Source: a virus. From it: a DNA stretch of 64,000 nucleotides. Positions 24,701 through 30,911 of this stretch are shown here, in pieces (the first letter of the stretch is position 1; each line of letters starts with the position of its first letter). Made by a program: the position numbers and the translations under genes. The notes under the pieces are model-generated. The model saw only the letters and a list, made by a program, of their open reading frames with translations. It did not search any database and was not told the DNA's origin. The stretch is taken from the IMG/VR virus record IMGVR_UViG_3300021960_000060, positions 4,070 to 68,069 of that record; one strand, written 5' to 3'.

Positions 24701-24720
24701 TGGATTCTTTTATCTGACAT
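12703..24720 (-). CDS. gp7: Baseplate wedge initiator gp7-like giant protein (4005 aa)
   Basis: Between gp6 and gp8. FLSQYY...KQVKDFYNSKGT N-terminus, YHYH-like segment (HSPIIGWAYDGNPIYGPY), YYQNFSYSLKS...HTAGFKKF gp7 motif. Confidence 0.85.
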   Translation of the reverse strand: MSDKRIQFATIVNNQLPSYVREEFPLVAEFLSQYYLAQEFKGAPIDLIQNIDSYIKLDESTHETDSLYLYSSIEFDDTTIEVDLSKNPIGTTEYPNSYGLFQIDNEIITYTGKTINSFTGCVRGFSGITSLGTELEFSSTESDNHDSGSTIINLSDLFLKKFLLKTKVQLSPGFENRDLTSDLNENIFLKQVKDFYNSKGTDKSFQILFNALYNEKVEIIRPRDHLLKVSDSNYKITNDFVVESVSGNPYDLTNLTLFQKEYNNISSGYGPVASVEKISTDDNSDYYKLKIDGGYNRDINYSGAIYGNFSVHPKTKVIGNVSTGTTTIDVDSTIGFPYEGELYVDYGNSITGIVSYTSKTNNQFINCTNVNSNIADSSYIGINTYASAVTGFGTEVSVRISSVINSLKLDPKSYFYTNGDSVDIDCLGKKSNDIKFKNWILNIATSYEVESVSVVNSTNRIYELSLDKNHIFYINDSINVTDESNITVEGTVTDVRSDKKIVVNLTSAISVSDLKKYTAKRILSKTNADNFSSVGVFNSNVQNTYIQDDKALVASPSLPFFDRSNLQVNDGTITFSGTFVGDTFTITSLNDHGFYTGDEIYYAPEKVTVSDTNIFTGITTSYITNGTSLFDEGLYFVKRINANQVKLSRSRSDIDNSIFVTLVNQVIVTNNTICPYNFYGKTLTSQNLLREIKNPEISGEVYETVPGKTGILVNGVEILNYKSSNVLYYGQINEINVVSPGSNYDIISPPNVNISDRSGIGVTAHCAVIGSLQKINIIDSGFDYQEDPEITITGGNGVGAEAKAHTKLESHIITFNSEIASNLVSIGASQSSIGFSTYHKFKNGEQVIYQTSAQTPVGGLSAGAKYHVGVEDPNTVKLHNTLGDALSGINTVTLTSYGIGNHALESVNKKRVLDSISIVSPGVGYENKKRTCFSVGIITSKNYINIEDHDYQSGELIKYFNNETPISGITTNTEYYVTAVDNDNFMLSQVGSSEDREFFYRTKQYVNIESDGEGLHSFNYPEISVQVLGNIGISSIGLEEFRAKIQPIFRGSIQSVHLSAKGSNYGSEQTLNYQRQPDISIEQGTGALLNPIVSNGQIVEVLINNVGSGYTSVPDLILTGNGIGAEFTPIIENGQITSVKVVSGGTNYSSTDTTLIVSNPGSGFISNASIQNWVVNNFQKNIKNISSDDGFISQSTNVDYGLEYTHLYVPRKLREKIYPINQDGKFLHFKKDLEKVGNIEKISSDHSPIIGWAYDGNPIYGPYSYQKKEGGAITLMKSGYKLDLKPNRPQTSYFPEGFFVEDYTHFDIDDDSVLDENNGRFCITPDYPNGVYAYFATVNPVSVDSTGNFVGYRRPEFPYLIGKSFRSKPNLFNFRSSSNQDQIDLNDTDWMRNMEYYNLSSGIKYYNYIDLPNNLDQTFTIKSTYSGNIDRIAISTGGDGYRVNDTLVFDNLDSNNNIIGQAAFAKVSKVFGKDVNSISVASTSFSNIEFYPGNQKNDYVLYFDSPHQLKNEDIINVAGLSTSSSKIEGSYTAGISSNALFLVGLGSSNIGIDSISNTGIVTFINVSGNLNFNSIRENDIIQISDEKLKILNVDQNLSRLRVLREIDGTVGISHTIGETIYENPRKLIINSGFRSDYQYKINRELYFNPIETVGLGTTAGLGIGVTLGISNPGIGISEIFVPTKTLYLPSHGFITGEALTYSPNGGAVIEVSPNGVSTSVTLSDQSILYVAKVSDDLIGLSTVRVGLGTTGTFVGIATTTSSIGTLFFTGIGTNTYHSFSTRYSPITGKVFRNTVTVATAQTHGLQNNDNVDINVNPGLTTTHTIKYNDFNRVLVTNTRSFSGVNTESNTIQINDHGYETGQKVLHTATTPSGGLYDNKTYYVVVFDKNNIRLSLTLFDAQTRSPKTVDLTSSSAGEISLVNPKIVAYKDSSINFDLTNSSLSYQFSLTDYSAFDFNLYEDSEFTNLFNTTKLTKKFDVQRTGKVGVSSDAKLTLKVTKDLPEKLYYKLVPVFNSNVPKVKQEVIVDNTFIGYGQIEIKNSKYSGNYNIVSNGDKSFTYTLKDIPERESYSIGISSITYNTSSLSAVGPIYDVKVTNKGIGYVDLPGISTITSSVGSNAIVEVLSETIGRPKNAKVNDIGFNFPSDYTLRPSTLLPQIIKVSPLSSFESIGISSFGKGYSVSPKLLVFDGKTNELVPEVDIRYEAGDSVVKIVRNSYGINDILPKILPVENPNGVGISSLSYNKSTDQVTVTLAVGFSTADSFPIKVNDKVMIENISTGTGSTSKGYNSSNYNYSLFTIVAVDQNLGGLGATVAYNMGDLLSGSDFPGTFDSRNSTGRIIPEKDFPIFDIKLKANNFIQGEQVYSNSVENGYIDDWDSKNKYLKVISKDTFIENEVIFGKSSKTQAIANKVTEFSSSSILAPSSIVKNGWEENIGFLNSNLERLQDGFYYQNFSYSLKSKIDYDSWDDVVSTMNHTAGFKKFSDLQIESNSSQSMGVGILTSTNVEVLTDIIGVVDLNCVYDFDLVKENSLIVSSRTVSNEIIFQNKILIDYAQSVGNRVLDIDDFSGTFNSNPRPTRYVEVYRFDKTLIRAQKLFTYVSDKRYFDERQLMIVTAVNDKSQTYLNQYGKVSTTYDIGSFDYTMSGTDGILNFYPTKYSINDFNISVLAYNLYDSILSVGSTVIGESLVSTSSTVVSTGSTTNIVSLGSTYSTHKVLVEITKDDSEYQFDEINIVSNGTTVEYMDFGQLATNISPYTVTGFGTYYAYIDGSNFKLDFIPNVGVAATINSIQVSIANTLTSGIGTVTMDRAILETRTTSISASGSPTPQVVGSYSDTYDTGYFIVQVADTTNNEYQMSEVLVVDDGTDAYLTEFANVETLSNIGTIDANRNGSNVELTFTPNPSINVQVKVYMNAQYHVDSDIAVIPFNNGTIETGEGIYTGTESDIKRKFNLTHETYPIFERYFDGSSTLVSTDTNSIKLPNHFFVTGEKLNYHHAGAGSTQAISIASTSIPGIGITDKLPNELYAVKVNENTLKLASTAENALKATPQTLSISSVGIGTSHRFVANNQNAKVIITIDNIIQSPIVPTSLTTTLASNVNALDNLIVFSGITSFFGGDLIKIDNEIMKIEGVGIGTTNAIRVRRPWLGTNLGNYSIGSTITKIQGNYNIVDNEINFAAAPFGNIPIGSTTNPPDERDWTGISTSSSFHGRSFMRSGIPNTTEETYYKNYIFDDVSEQFNGTKSDFTLKDSGLDVTGIKTENAIILINDIFQGPGITNDYTLEESTGITTVSFTGTATSSPYDANSTNLPLGGVIISVGSFEGFGYQPLVAAGGTATVSSAGTISAISIGNSGSGYRSGIQTTVNVSVATSATDLLDVEIIGTASVTDGHVVSIAITNPGTGYTTSNPPYVIIDDPLSYSDIPLYYTSSSTGIGTEAKIDIVVGQGSSIIDFSIRNTGYGYGEGNVLTIPIGGSVGIPTSSGFNEFKLTIQEVFNDKFNGWSVGELQILDNIEDLFDNETLVFPLKIAQEFIAINAERGSNINIEDTLLIFVNDILQIPNEGYIFNGGSLITFTEPPKIGDTCKLIFYRGSGSVDVKETDILETVKIGDNLTIGYDSYIGQQASLQENPRTVFDINSTDFVTTNPYYGPGNTNDENLIRPVTWCRQTEDKIINGKEVSKDRNLYEPQIYPFAYAIQSVGIGSTIISVDNIRPFFNQINENNVSLSFQNNITFISQDIISGAAATAVVSLGGTISSIVISDGGTGYGTIPTVSIQNPVGMGTTARADANASITAGVVTSITITGPGTGYTSTSVPLVLISPPSFEKESNSVDIYEGDSGIIVGITTTNVGVSTGLILDLYIPENSFFRDSTITGFTTISGIQTGYYISVYNSNVGNGVTSLDSTNSEVGIGTTCLDNIYEVISVSTGQTSSPGIGLTYVSKVVVSVTDYNGLTGIGNSNYYGNYSWGRITLESRSKSKEYNAYTSSGSAGITTGTIVQRTSPLKYLNYI

Positions 24721-24722
24721 TT

Positions 24723-26648
24723 TTATGGTCTTACTAAATTCCCGTTGCTGTAGCTAGAAGTTACGTTATAATTTGATGCGGATGGATCTAATCCAGAAGA
24801 TATATTATCAATAACCATATCAAACGTACTACTACTAATATCTAGTTGCAAATAAAGATCCTGTACTCCGATGACATCATTTGATTTTGGGCATGCAGAA
24901 ATTTCTAAGACTGTTTGACCATTCTTAAGTTTTCCTGATATAATATTAATTGGATTTAATGTTATCACTCCTTTTTTATAATCAATCGTACCAACATTTC
25001 TTTTTACTATTGTTGGAGTTGGAGAATTCACACTTGGTACAGTAAATAAGAATATAGATCCTCTTTCTTTATTTGTATTTGGAACATCAGAAAGATAAAC
25101 ATCATTATTAATGTCAGAAACTCTAAATGCACTTGACTTAATATTATATCCATTGGCACTCTTAATATAAAATTCATTACCAAATCCAATTTGATATTCT
25201 GCAAAAGAATTTAATACTACTCTCAGATCTCTTCTGATTTCAACTGTTGTTATATTAGAGGTAATTGATGCATCACTATCGTCAATTGTTTTTAAGAATT
25301 TACTATACTTAAATCTAGCACCATACTTATTTAACTCTGACGATTCTGAGTATTTTGTCGTATTATTTTGAACTAAACTTGAAACATAATCTGCATTTGG
25401 TGCTAAATTTGTATTGTAGTAAATATTTGACTTTATTTCCACATACAAATACTTCAAGTCAAGAATTTCAGGAACAATACCTGCAACTGCATACTTCTTA
25501 AGTTTTAATTTTATGTTTTCTTTGATGAGATTTGGTAAAAAGTCTCCAAATCTTGGTTTGATGCTAATAAAAACCTTTCCGTACTGTGGTGGAACTAATT
25601 CCTCTCCACCAAAAACTGAAATAGACTCAGTTTCAGAATAAATTTTACTGGGAATTAAAGTTTCATAATCATTTGAGGTTAATGCCCTATTTTGTGATGA
25701 ATATATTTTAGGAGCAAATTTTCTAATGGATTCTACATCTTCAATTTCTTCTCCACCAGAAGAAATTGTTTCAGCAGTAAGTAAAGAAATTCCTGAAGTA
25801 ACTGAATATGTTATACCATTTCTTGTATATGATAAAATTCCATTATATGCAAATTGACTTATTCCATTTGCACTATCACCAGTGCTAATAATATATGATG
25901 CAGTAATATAATTACTTTCTTCTAATTTTTTACCAAAAACTCCATCTCCAAAAAATATTTCATATCTTTCGTCACTAATTTCTTGCAAATAAAATACATT
26001 TGATGTAGAATCAATGTCTAGGATGTTATCCTGATACGAATATTTTACAGATGAAGTTGCAAATTCATTATTTTTTACAGAAACTCTAATTGTTTGTGTA
26101 TCAATTCCAATATTATCTAAAATAAACTTCTGATTTGGATTTGAAGAAGAATATGTGAAGTTTGAATTAATAAGACTACCTTCATAAACGGTAATTTCAT
26201 TAAATGAAGCAATCCCATCAATAACTGGAACTGTAATATCTTCTATAATTGAAAAAACGAAAGAATCAGATCCAAAAGAGCTCTGTGAAGAGCACACTGG
26301 TCCCTTTTTTAATGTTAATGTTGAAGGTGCAGGAGTAATTCCCTCTACATTAACAAAGAAACTTACTACTGAACTTGATGCAGTCCTTGATCTAGGTACA
26401 TATCCAATATTTCTTGCAAGTGCTACTACATTTTCTCTCAAAGTAGCACTATCAATGAACACTTCATTTGCGACCATGTTCGCATTATATGAAGTGATGT
26501 ATGTATTGTATGCCAATACATCAATTATAGACGAGAGATTCGATCCCTCAAAGTCATAATCGGTAAAATTTGAGTTAGATCTTAAATAATCTTTAAGAGT
26601 TGTTTTAATCTGGTCAAAATCCAGATTTGCGAAGTTAACTAATGGCAT
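24723..26648 (-). CDS. gp6: Baseplate wedge subunit gp6
   Basis: LDFDQIKTTLKDYL...FTDYDFEGSNLS...LAYNTY, FFGDGVFGK, QNRALTSNDY. Confidence 0.95.
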   Translation of the reverse strand: MPLVNFANLDFDQIKTTLKDYLRSNSNFTDYDFEGSNLSSIIDVLAYNTYITSYNANMVANEVFIDSATLRENVVALARNIGYVPRSRTASSSVVSFFVNVEGITPAPSTLTLKKGPVCSSQSSFGSDSFVFSIIEDITVPVIDGIASFNEITVYEGSLINSNFTYSSSNPNQKFILDNIGIDTQTIRVSVKNNEFATSSVKYSYQDNILDIDSTSNVFYLQEISDERYEIFFGDGVFGKKLEESNYITASYIISTGDSANGISQFAYNGILSYTRNGITYSVTSGISLLTAETISSGGEEIEDVESIRKFAPKIYSSQNRALTSNDYETLIPSKIYSETESISVFGGEELVPPQYGKVFISIKPRFGDFLPNLIKENIKLKLKKYAVAGIVPEILDLKYLYVEIKSNIYYNTNLAPNADYVSSLVQNNTTKYSESSELNKYGARFKYSKFLKTIDDSDASITSNITTVEIRRDLRVVLNSFAEYQIGFGNEFYIKSANGYNIKSSAFRVSDINNDVYLSDVPNTNKERGSIFLFTVPSVNSPTPTIVKRNVGTIDYKKGVITLNPINIISGKLKNGQTVLEISACPKSNDVIGVQDLYLQLDISSSTFDMVIDNISSGLDPSASNYNVTSSYSNGNLVRP

Positions 26649-27050
26649 TTACCTTGTTGGTTGCAATACAAATTCTAATTGTTGAGGAAGAATATCAGCA
26701 CCCAATACGCTATAAATGATTGTCACATCAAAAGACGCATTATCTACATCTGGGTATGCTTTAACACTTATTAATTCCACTCTTGGTTCATAATTTTCAA
26801 TTGATGTTTTAATTTCTTCCTGAATTAAAGAGGCACTAATGTCATCGATGTTCTCAAAAAGTGATCTAGTCACATCTGAACCAAAATTTTGATCGAAAAA
26901 CTTTTCTCCAGGGAGAGTGAAGATGATATTTCTTATAGAACGCGCAATTGCATTCTCATTTTTAATACCAATAATGTCATTATTCAGAGGATTACTCTGA
27001 AATGACATACTGATATCTTTGAAACCCTGGCTTACCCTCTCTAAAGGCAT
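26649..27050 (-). CDS. gp25: Baseplate wedge subunit gp25
   Basis: AIARSIRNIIFTLPGEKFFDQNFGS...IENYEPRV, gp25/GPW family. Confidence 0.93.
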   Translation of the reverse strand: MPLERVSQGFKDISMSFQSNPLNNDIIGIKNENAIARSIRNIIFTLPGEKFFDQNFGSDVTRSLFENIDDISASLIQEEIKTSIENYEPRVELISVKAYPDVDNASFDVTIIYSVLGADILPQQLEFVLQPTR

Positions 27051-27078
27051 TTATTAATACAATTCTACCTTATTTAGA

Positions 27079-27279
27079 CTAGTTTTCTATATTCTCTCTC
27101 AAAAATAAATCAGTCTCTATATTATGGTCACTTCTCTTTGGAGTCATATCATCATTATTGATCTCACGAAGCATTCTACCTTCGTTTGTGTTCTTTGGAG
27201 TAGACCAATAATCAGTGATTAAACTTGTTGTACCCCATGCTTTATACATGTATTCGGAGTTTCTATCTGGATTTGTCAT
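27079..27279 (-). CDS. Hypothetical protein
   Basis: 66-aa ORF co-oriented with its neighbours. Confidence 0.6.
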   Translation of the reverse strand: MTNPDRNSEYMYKAWGTTSLITDYWSTPKNTNEGRMLREINNDDMTPKRSDHNIETDLFLRENIEN

Positions 27280-27328
27280 TTTTATTCCTTATTGATTAGT
27301 TTTTGAAGGTTGTGTTTTGATTTATGTG

Positions 27329-27991
27329 TTAGTCATCACTGACTTCACGTTCCTGAGCAGTTTTCCAGAAGTATTCATCCTCTCTACCCATACCAAGTCG
27401 TTTAAATCCATTTTCAACTTGATAAAATTCAGTCGAAACTTTGAAATCTGGCATTAATGGATCAACAGGTGTTAAACTATTGTCAAAAATACGTAAACGA
27501 TTATTTGGATAAAGTGCATACTGCCCATTATCTAGTTCGATTAGGTTATGTGACTTGTGTTCAGCTGGATTCTCACTCGTTGCATAGTCAATCATATCAC
27601 AATCTTGATGATAATTGTCTATCGTACAAATATAAGTACCCTTTTGAATACTATGATCGCGAGTATAGCATTCATAATCCATTGAACCAATGAATTGCTT
27701 ATGAATTGATACCACTCCATAATCCATACAATTCCAGAATTGTAGGTTGGGTAGATCCATATCGGGTGAAGGTGTCTTAGGACTGCTTACAAAGGCACTG
27801 ATAGGCAGTTTATCGTACATTGCAGCATACTCTGGTAAGTACGTCTCAAAATAAAAAGCACGCCCAGGAATCGATTTACACGATACCCAGACGCCCTTTA
27901 CAAATTCACCATGACCAGACTGATGATCAGTTAAATATTCTTTCCTTACCCATACTTCAACAGAAGGTAAGTTACAAATAAGAGTTGCCAT
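27329..27991 (-). CDS. Conserved cyanophage hypothetical protein
   Basis: 220 aa, LICNLP...VRKEYL...HGEF...YPNNR motifs; late promoter at 28014-28019. Confidence 0.8.
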   Translation of the reverse strand: MATLICNLPSVEVWVRKEYLTDHQSGHGEFVKGVWVSCKSIPGRAFYFETYLPEYAAMYDKLPISAFVSSPKTPSPDMDLPNLQFWNCMDYGVVSIHKQFIGSMDYECYTRDHSIQKGTYICTIDNYHQDCDMIDYATSENPAEHKSHNLIELDNGQYALYPNNRLRIFDNSLTPVDPLMPDFKVSTEFYQVENGFKRLGMGREDEYFWKTAQEREVSDD

Positions 27992-28012
27992 TATGAATTA
28001 ATATATCTTCAC

Positions 28013-28147
28013 CTATTTACCCTGACCACGATATCTCTTCTTTTTGCTATTACGTGATGTTGCTGAAATTAATGTGTTGACTGATCTTCCCTGACGAGTC
28101 TTCTTCGGCTTTCCGGGTACATAATTACCACCTTTCATCATTGCCAT
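28013..28147 (-). CDS. 44-aa basic protein (KKTRQG...KRYRGQG family)
   Basis: Missed by the ORF track: MAMMKGGNYVPGKPKKTRQGRSVNTLISATSRNSKKKRYRGQGK; GGAG RBS upstream. Confidence 0.7.
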   Translation of the reverse strand: MAMMKGGNYVPGKPKKTRQGRSVNTLISATSRNSKKKRYRGQGK

Positions 28148-28150
28148 AAC

Positions 28151-28306
28151 CTAATTCTCCTTTACTTTGATTTCAATTAAACTTGGATCTATAGATCCTC
28201 CCGAGTAAAAACGCTCCGAAAGATCTTGCATCTTCTCACTACATTCTTCTATAGTGAGATCTTTATGCATAATATTATTCTGATAAACAATATTATAATA
28301 TTTCAT
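28151..28306 (-). CDS. 51-aa hypothetical protein
   Basis: MKYYNIVYQNNIMHKDLTIEECSEKMQDLSERFYSGGSIDPSLIEIKVKEN; start overlaps the upstream stop (TAATG). Confidence 0.65.
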   Translation of the reverse strand: MKYYNIVYQNNIMHKDLTIEECSEKMQDLSERFYSGGSIDPSLIEIKVKEN

Positions 28307-29076
28307 TAGATGACACGAGTCTTTTCATGACCCACACGAATTCTTGGATCACACCAAATATCATACCCTGCTTCAATAGCATCTAAACAGAATGATACAT
28401 CCTCTCCACACATATCTTGTACAGCACCAGATTCAAATACTTGCATCTTTGGTGCAAACCATGGATACTCTAAATTCTCAAAGACTCCCTTCTTAATCAA
28501 TACCCATCCAAAACCTGTGTAATCAACAGTGAATGGTTTCTTTCTTTTCTGAATGGAATCAACAGTTTCGTGATTCATTACTCCACCATTCTTCCTGAAA
28601 TCATCCTCCTCTAACCAGTGTGCAACAGAGGTGGTTCTTCCATCCTCAGTGGCATACCATCCACCAACTACTTCCTTCTCATTGCCTTCGGCATCTAATG
28701 CAAGATCACATAATTGCCAAAACTTCTGTGTGTCAAAGACAATATCACTGTCAATCCACAGTTGATAATCATACTCTAATTTACCATCCCATGGAATTTG
28801 CTTTGGTCCCCTTAATACATTCGCACCTAATACCTTACATCGTGCAAAGTTAACCATTGATGAATAATCTTGACTGATCTGAATACTCATCCCATTTTGT
28901 ACAAGATCAAAGCACAGTTGTACAAAGTTCTTTAGAAATGTAAATGAACATCCCCTACCAGGAAGACAAAATACAATCCTCTTTCCTTTCATTCTTTCTT
29001 TGATTGCATCAATGTCCCATTCAGGTTCTTGTCCCTTCTTTGGTGGTGCAGCTTTAACAGTAAATCCTTTTGCCAT
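28306..29076 (-). CDS. GT-A fold glycosyltransferase-like protein
   Basis: WIDSD (DxD), TGFGWVLIK and GEDVSFC motifs. Confidence 0.75.
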   Translation of the reverse strand: MAKGFTVKAAPPKKGQEPEWDIDAIKERMKGKRIVFCLPGRGCSFTFLKNFVQLCFDLVQNGMSIQISQDYSSMVNFARCKVLGANVLRGPKQIPWDGKLEYDYQLWIDSDIVFDTQKFWQLCDLALDAEGNEKEVVGGWYATEDGRTTSVAHWLEEDDFRKNGGVMNHETVDSIQKRKKPFTVDYTGFGWVLIKKGVFENLEYPWFAPKMQVFESGAVQDMCGEDVSFCLDAIEAGYDIWCDPRIRVGHEKTRVI

Positions 29077-29124
29077 TTGATTAATTAGGTTTCAGTTCAA
29101 TTCTATCAGTGTATGTATAGTATG

Positions 29125-29322
29125 TCAATAAGAATGCTCTTCTGACATATGTTGGGTTATTTCTACTTCCTCATACGTTAAATCCTCAAAAGTATAATCA
29201 GTCTCCATAAGACCAACCATCCCTTTGAGGGTATTCCATACTTTATTAAATTGTCTCTGACTTAAATTATAATATAAACATTCCTTCTTTGCATATATGT
29301 GATAAACCTTTGTAGGTGTCAT
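29125..29322 (-). CDS. Hypothetical protein
   Basis: 65-aa ORF, YHIYAK...LKGMVGLM. Confidence 0.65.
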   Translation of the reverse strand: MTPTKVYHIYAKKECLYYNLSQRQFNKVWNTLKGMVGLMETDYTFEDLTYEEVEITQHMSEEHSY

Positions 29323-29351
29323 TTTATCTCCGGTAATTTTTTTTGTCTTTT

Positions 29352-29501
29352 CTATTGTATAATCGCATTATATATCAGTGCTATCAAAATCCCTAGGGGG
29401 ACTAATACAATTTTACCCATTGTCTTTGGATACCTGATTATCCAGCCTGCGAAAATAACCTTCCAGAAATTCCAATATGGTGCGCGTTTTTTTATCTTCA
29501 A
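29352..29501 (-). CDS. 49-aa membrane peptide
   Basis: TTG start: (M)KIKKRAPYWNFWKVIFAGWIIRYPKTMGKIVLVPLGILIALIYNAIIQ; late promoter TATAAATA at 29541-29548. Confidence 0.55.
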   Translation of the reverse strand: MKIKKRAPYWNFWKVIFAGWIIRYPKTMGKIVLVPLGILIALIYNAIIQ

Positions 29502-29632
29502 AGGATTAATTATATTCTCGGAAAATTTTTTTGGTTTCGATATTTATAGATCGATTTGTCACCTCTGTAGGTTAGGGTAGTATGCGATTTTTATATACAC
29601 AACGCCCCCCATAAAACACTGCTGTTAAATGT

Positions 29633-29661
29633 ATAATAGCACGAAGGTTAACTGTTGTCAA
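29633..29661 (-). promoter_or_regulatory. sigma70-type promoter
   Basis: TTGACA-17 nt-TATTAT. Confidence 0.65.
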
Positions 29662-29685
29662 CCCCCATGCTACTAAGTATCACAT

Positions 29686-29820
29686 TCAGAACAGAATCTC
29701 TGCAATCTCATTCACATCTTGCTCACTGGCAATATCAGCAGCAATAACATCTAGGATCGATAAGATATCGTTGCCAGTGTTACCAACCTTGAGCATACCA
29801 AGTGCAGTTTCAAGAGACAT
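29686..29820 (-). CDS. 44-aa acidic peptide A (paralog of 30792-30884)
   Basis: Missed by the ORF track: MSLETALGMLKVGNTGNDILSILDVIAADIASEQDVNEIAEILF; shares GNDILxILxxI and leader elements with peptide B. Confidence 0.75.
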   Translation of the reverse strand: MSLETALGMLKVGNTGNDILSILDVIAADIASEQDVNEIAEILF

Positions 29821-29848
29821 AATAAAGAAGAAAAGTGTTAGTTAGTGA

Positions 29849-29876
29849 TGGTGAGTTTAATGACATCACCAGGTCA
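29849..29876 (-). ncRNA. Compact H-type pseudoknot in the leader of peptide A
   Basis: UGAC-C-UGGUGA-U-GUCA-UUAAAC-UCACCA: S1 UGAC/GUCA, S2 UGGUGA/UCACCA. Confidence 0.65.
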
Positions 29877-29892
29877 AAGTAGTCGCGCTAGA

Positions 29893-30108
29893 TCAATACT
29901 GGTCGCTGCGACGACCTGACAGACAGCAGCGATATTGTGTGTCTGTTGCTTGTAACTTAGTGCGTCTCTTATTACCTTGAAGACGAACACCAAACAATGA
30001 CCTTTTAGGTCCTCTTTGAGGATTTAAACGTGTCACCTTAACATCGCCACGAATTTCTGCGATGAGCAGATCTAACGGAGTTGATGCTGCAATGTCAGAA
30101 ATAGTCAT
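29893..30108 (-). CDS. 71-aa basic early protein
   Basis: ORF directly downstream of repeat-promoter copy 1. Confidence 0.65.
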   Translation of the reverse strand: MTISDIAASTPLDLLIAEIRGDVKVTRLNPQRGPKRSLFGVRLQGNKRRTKLQATDTQYRCCLSGRRSDQY

Positions 30109-30135
30109 GGGGTGAATCGTTCTCTCACTACTAGT

Positions 30136-30154
30136 ACGCTTTAGAGGTGAGTAA
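30136..30154 (-). promoter_or_regulatory. Repeated promoter-like element, copy 1 (consensus TTACTCACCTYTAAASTGT)
   Basis: TTACTCACCTCTAAAGCGT; one of 8 copies, all intergenic and upstream of minus-strand genes. Confidence 0.8.
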
Positions 30155-30171
30155 TATTATTCTTACACAGA

Positions 30172-30348
30172 TTACCAACGATCAGGATTACTTAGATCCT
30201 CTACGTAGCTGTCAATCACCTTCTCAGATCCTTCTAATGTGAATAACTCTTCCCAGTTAATCTGATGCGGATCAAAATCATTCATAACCTCTAAATCCAA
30301 CGTGATGCGATAACGTTGTTTCTGTGCCTGACTGATAGCGACTGACAT
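30172..30348 (-). CDS. 58-aa acidic early protein
   Basis: Missed by the ORF track: MSVAISQAQKQRYRITLDLEVMNDFDPHQINWEELFTLEGSEKVIDSYVEDLSNPDRW; has its own sigma70 promoter. Confidence 0.75.
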   Translation of the reverse strand: MSVAISQAQKQRYRITLDLEVMNDFDPHQINWEELFTLEGSEKVIDSYVEDLSNPDRW

Positions 30349-30377
30349 GATTGGTGTCCTGTGGTGATGACTTTACT

Positions 30378-30406
30378 ACTATAGAATGCCTGAGGAATAT
30401 TGTCAA
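30378..30406 (-). promoter_or_regulatory. sigma70 promoter, predicted TSS about 30371
   Basis: TTGACA-17 nt-TATAGT; a late TATAAATA also lies at 30419-30426. Confidence 0.75.
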
Positions 30407-30481
30407 TCTTCTAAGGGTTATTTATAAAAAAGTCTTATATTTTACAAATGTCAAGTCCCGGAAATACTTATGACCGATCGG

Positions 30482-30510
30482 TTGACATTTCTGCGCGTGT
30501 GTGATAGAGT
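30482..30510 (+). promoter_or_regulatory. Divergent sigma70 promoter facing a non-coding region
   Basis: TTGACA-17 nt-TAGAGT; the longest ATG ORF seen downstream before 30760 is about 15 codons. Confidence 0.6.
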
Positions 30511-30527
30511 GCTCGCTTAGATAACAA

Positions 30528-30611
30528 CAACTAGAGACATTTAATTAATGATCTAAATGATCAACTAGAGACATTTAAATCATCACAAGTACAAGACTCA
30601 GAGACATCAAA
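30528..30611 (+). repeat. Three direct repeats at a 33-34 bp period (CAACTAGAGACATTTAA x2 plus one degenerate copy)
   Basis: Exact 17-mers at 30528-30544 and 30562-30578; GACTCAGAGACATCAAA at 30595-30611. Confidence 0.85.
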
Positions 30612-30736
30612 ACCACTCAATATGAGAGTAATGGATACTATCCTGAGAACGTTCTCAATAATAGTATAAAAAAGCAAAGTATATTTATAATACCATTTAA
30701 AAACGTTTTTTAATGAATAAGTGTATTAATTGATAC

Positions 30737-30761
30737 AAAAAAGAGAGGAATGACCCTCTCT
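30737..30761 (-). terminator. Rho-independent terminator downstream of peptide B
   Basis: AGAGAGG-GTCATT-CCTCTCT followed by a T-run on the minus strand. Confidence 0.75.
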
Positions 30762-30791
30762 ATGTCTTATTCAGTTATATGGACTAAGTGA

Positions 30792-30884
30792 TCAATAGAG
30801 GGCCTCAATTGCTTCAAGGATGAGAAGAATATCATTACCATTCTGTGCAGATTCAAGAGCAAGGAAGAGATCAGAATTAGACAT
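30792..30884 (-). CDS. 30-aa acidic peptide B (paralog of 29686-29820)
   Basis: Missed by the ORF track: MSNSDLFLALESAQNGNDILLILEAIEALY; followed by a terminator. Confidence 0.7.
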   Translation of the reverse strand: MSNSDLFLALESAQNGNDILLILEAIEALY

Positions 30885-30911
30885 TTAAAAGTGTTAGTTA
30901 GTGGGTGTATT

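Noticed and set aside
12703-24720. Intein or intron explaining the 4005-aa gp7
   Set aside because: No intein C/S...HN boundaries or homing-endonuclease motifs were recognised; the size is explained by repeated structural modules typical of cyanophage gp7.
30528-30611. Mini CRISPR array
   Set aside because: 17-nt repeats with 16-17-nt spacers are too short and non-palindromic, and there are no cas genes in the window.
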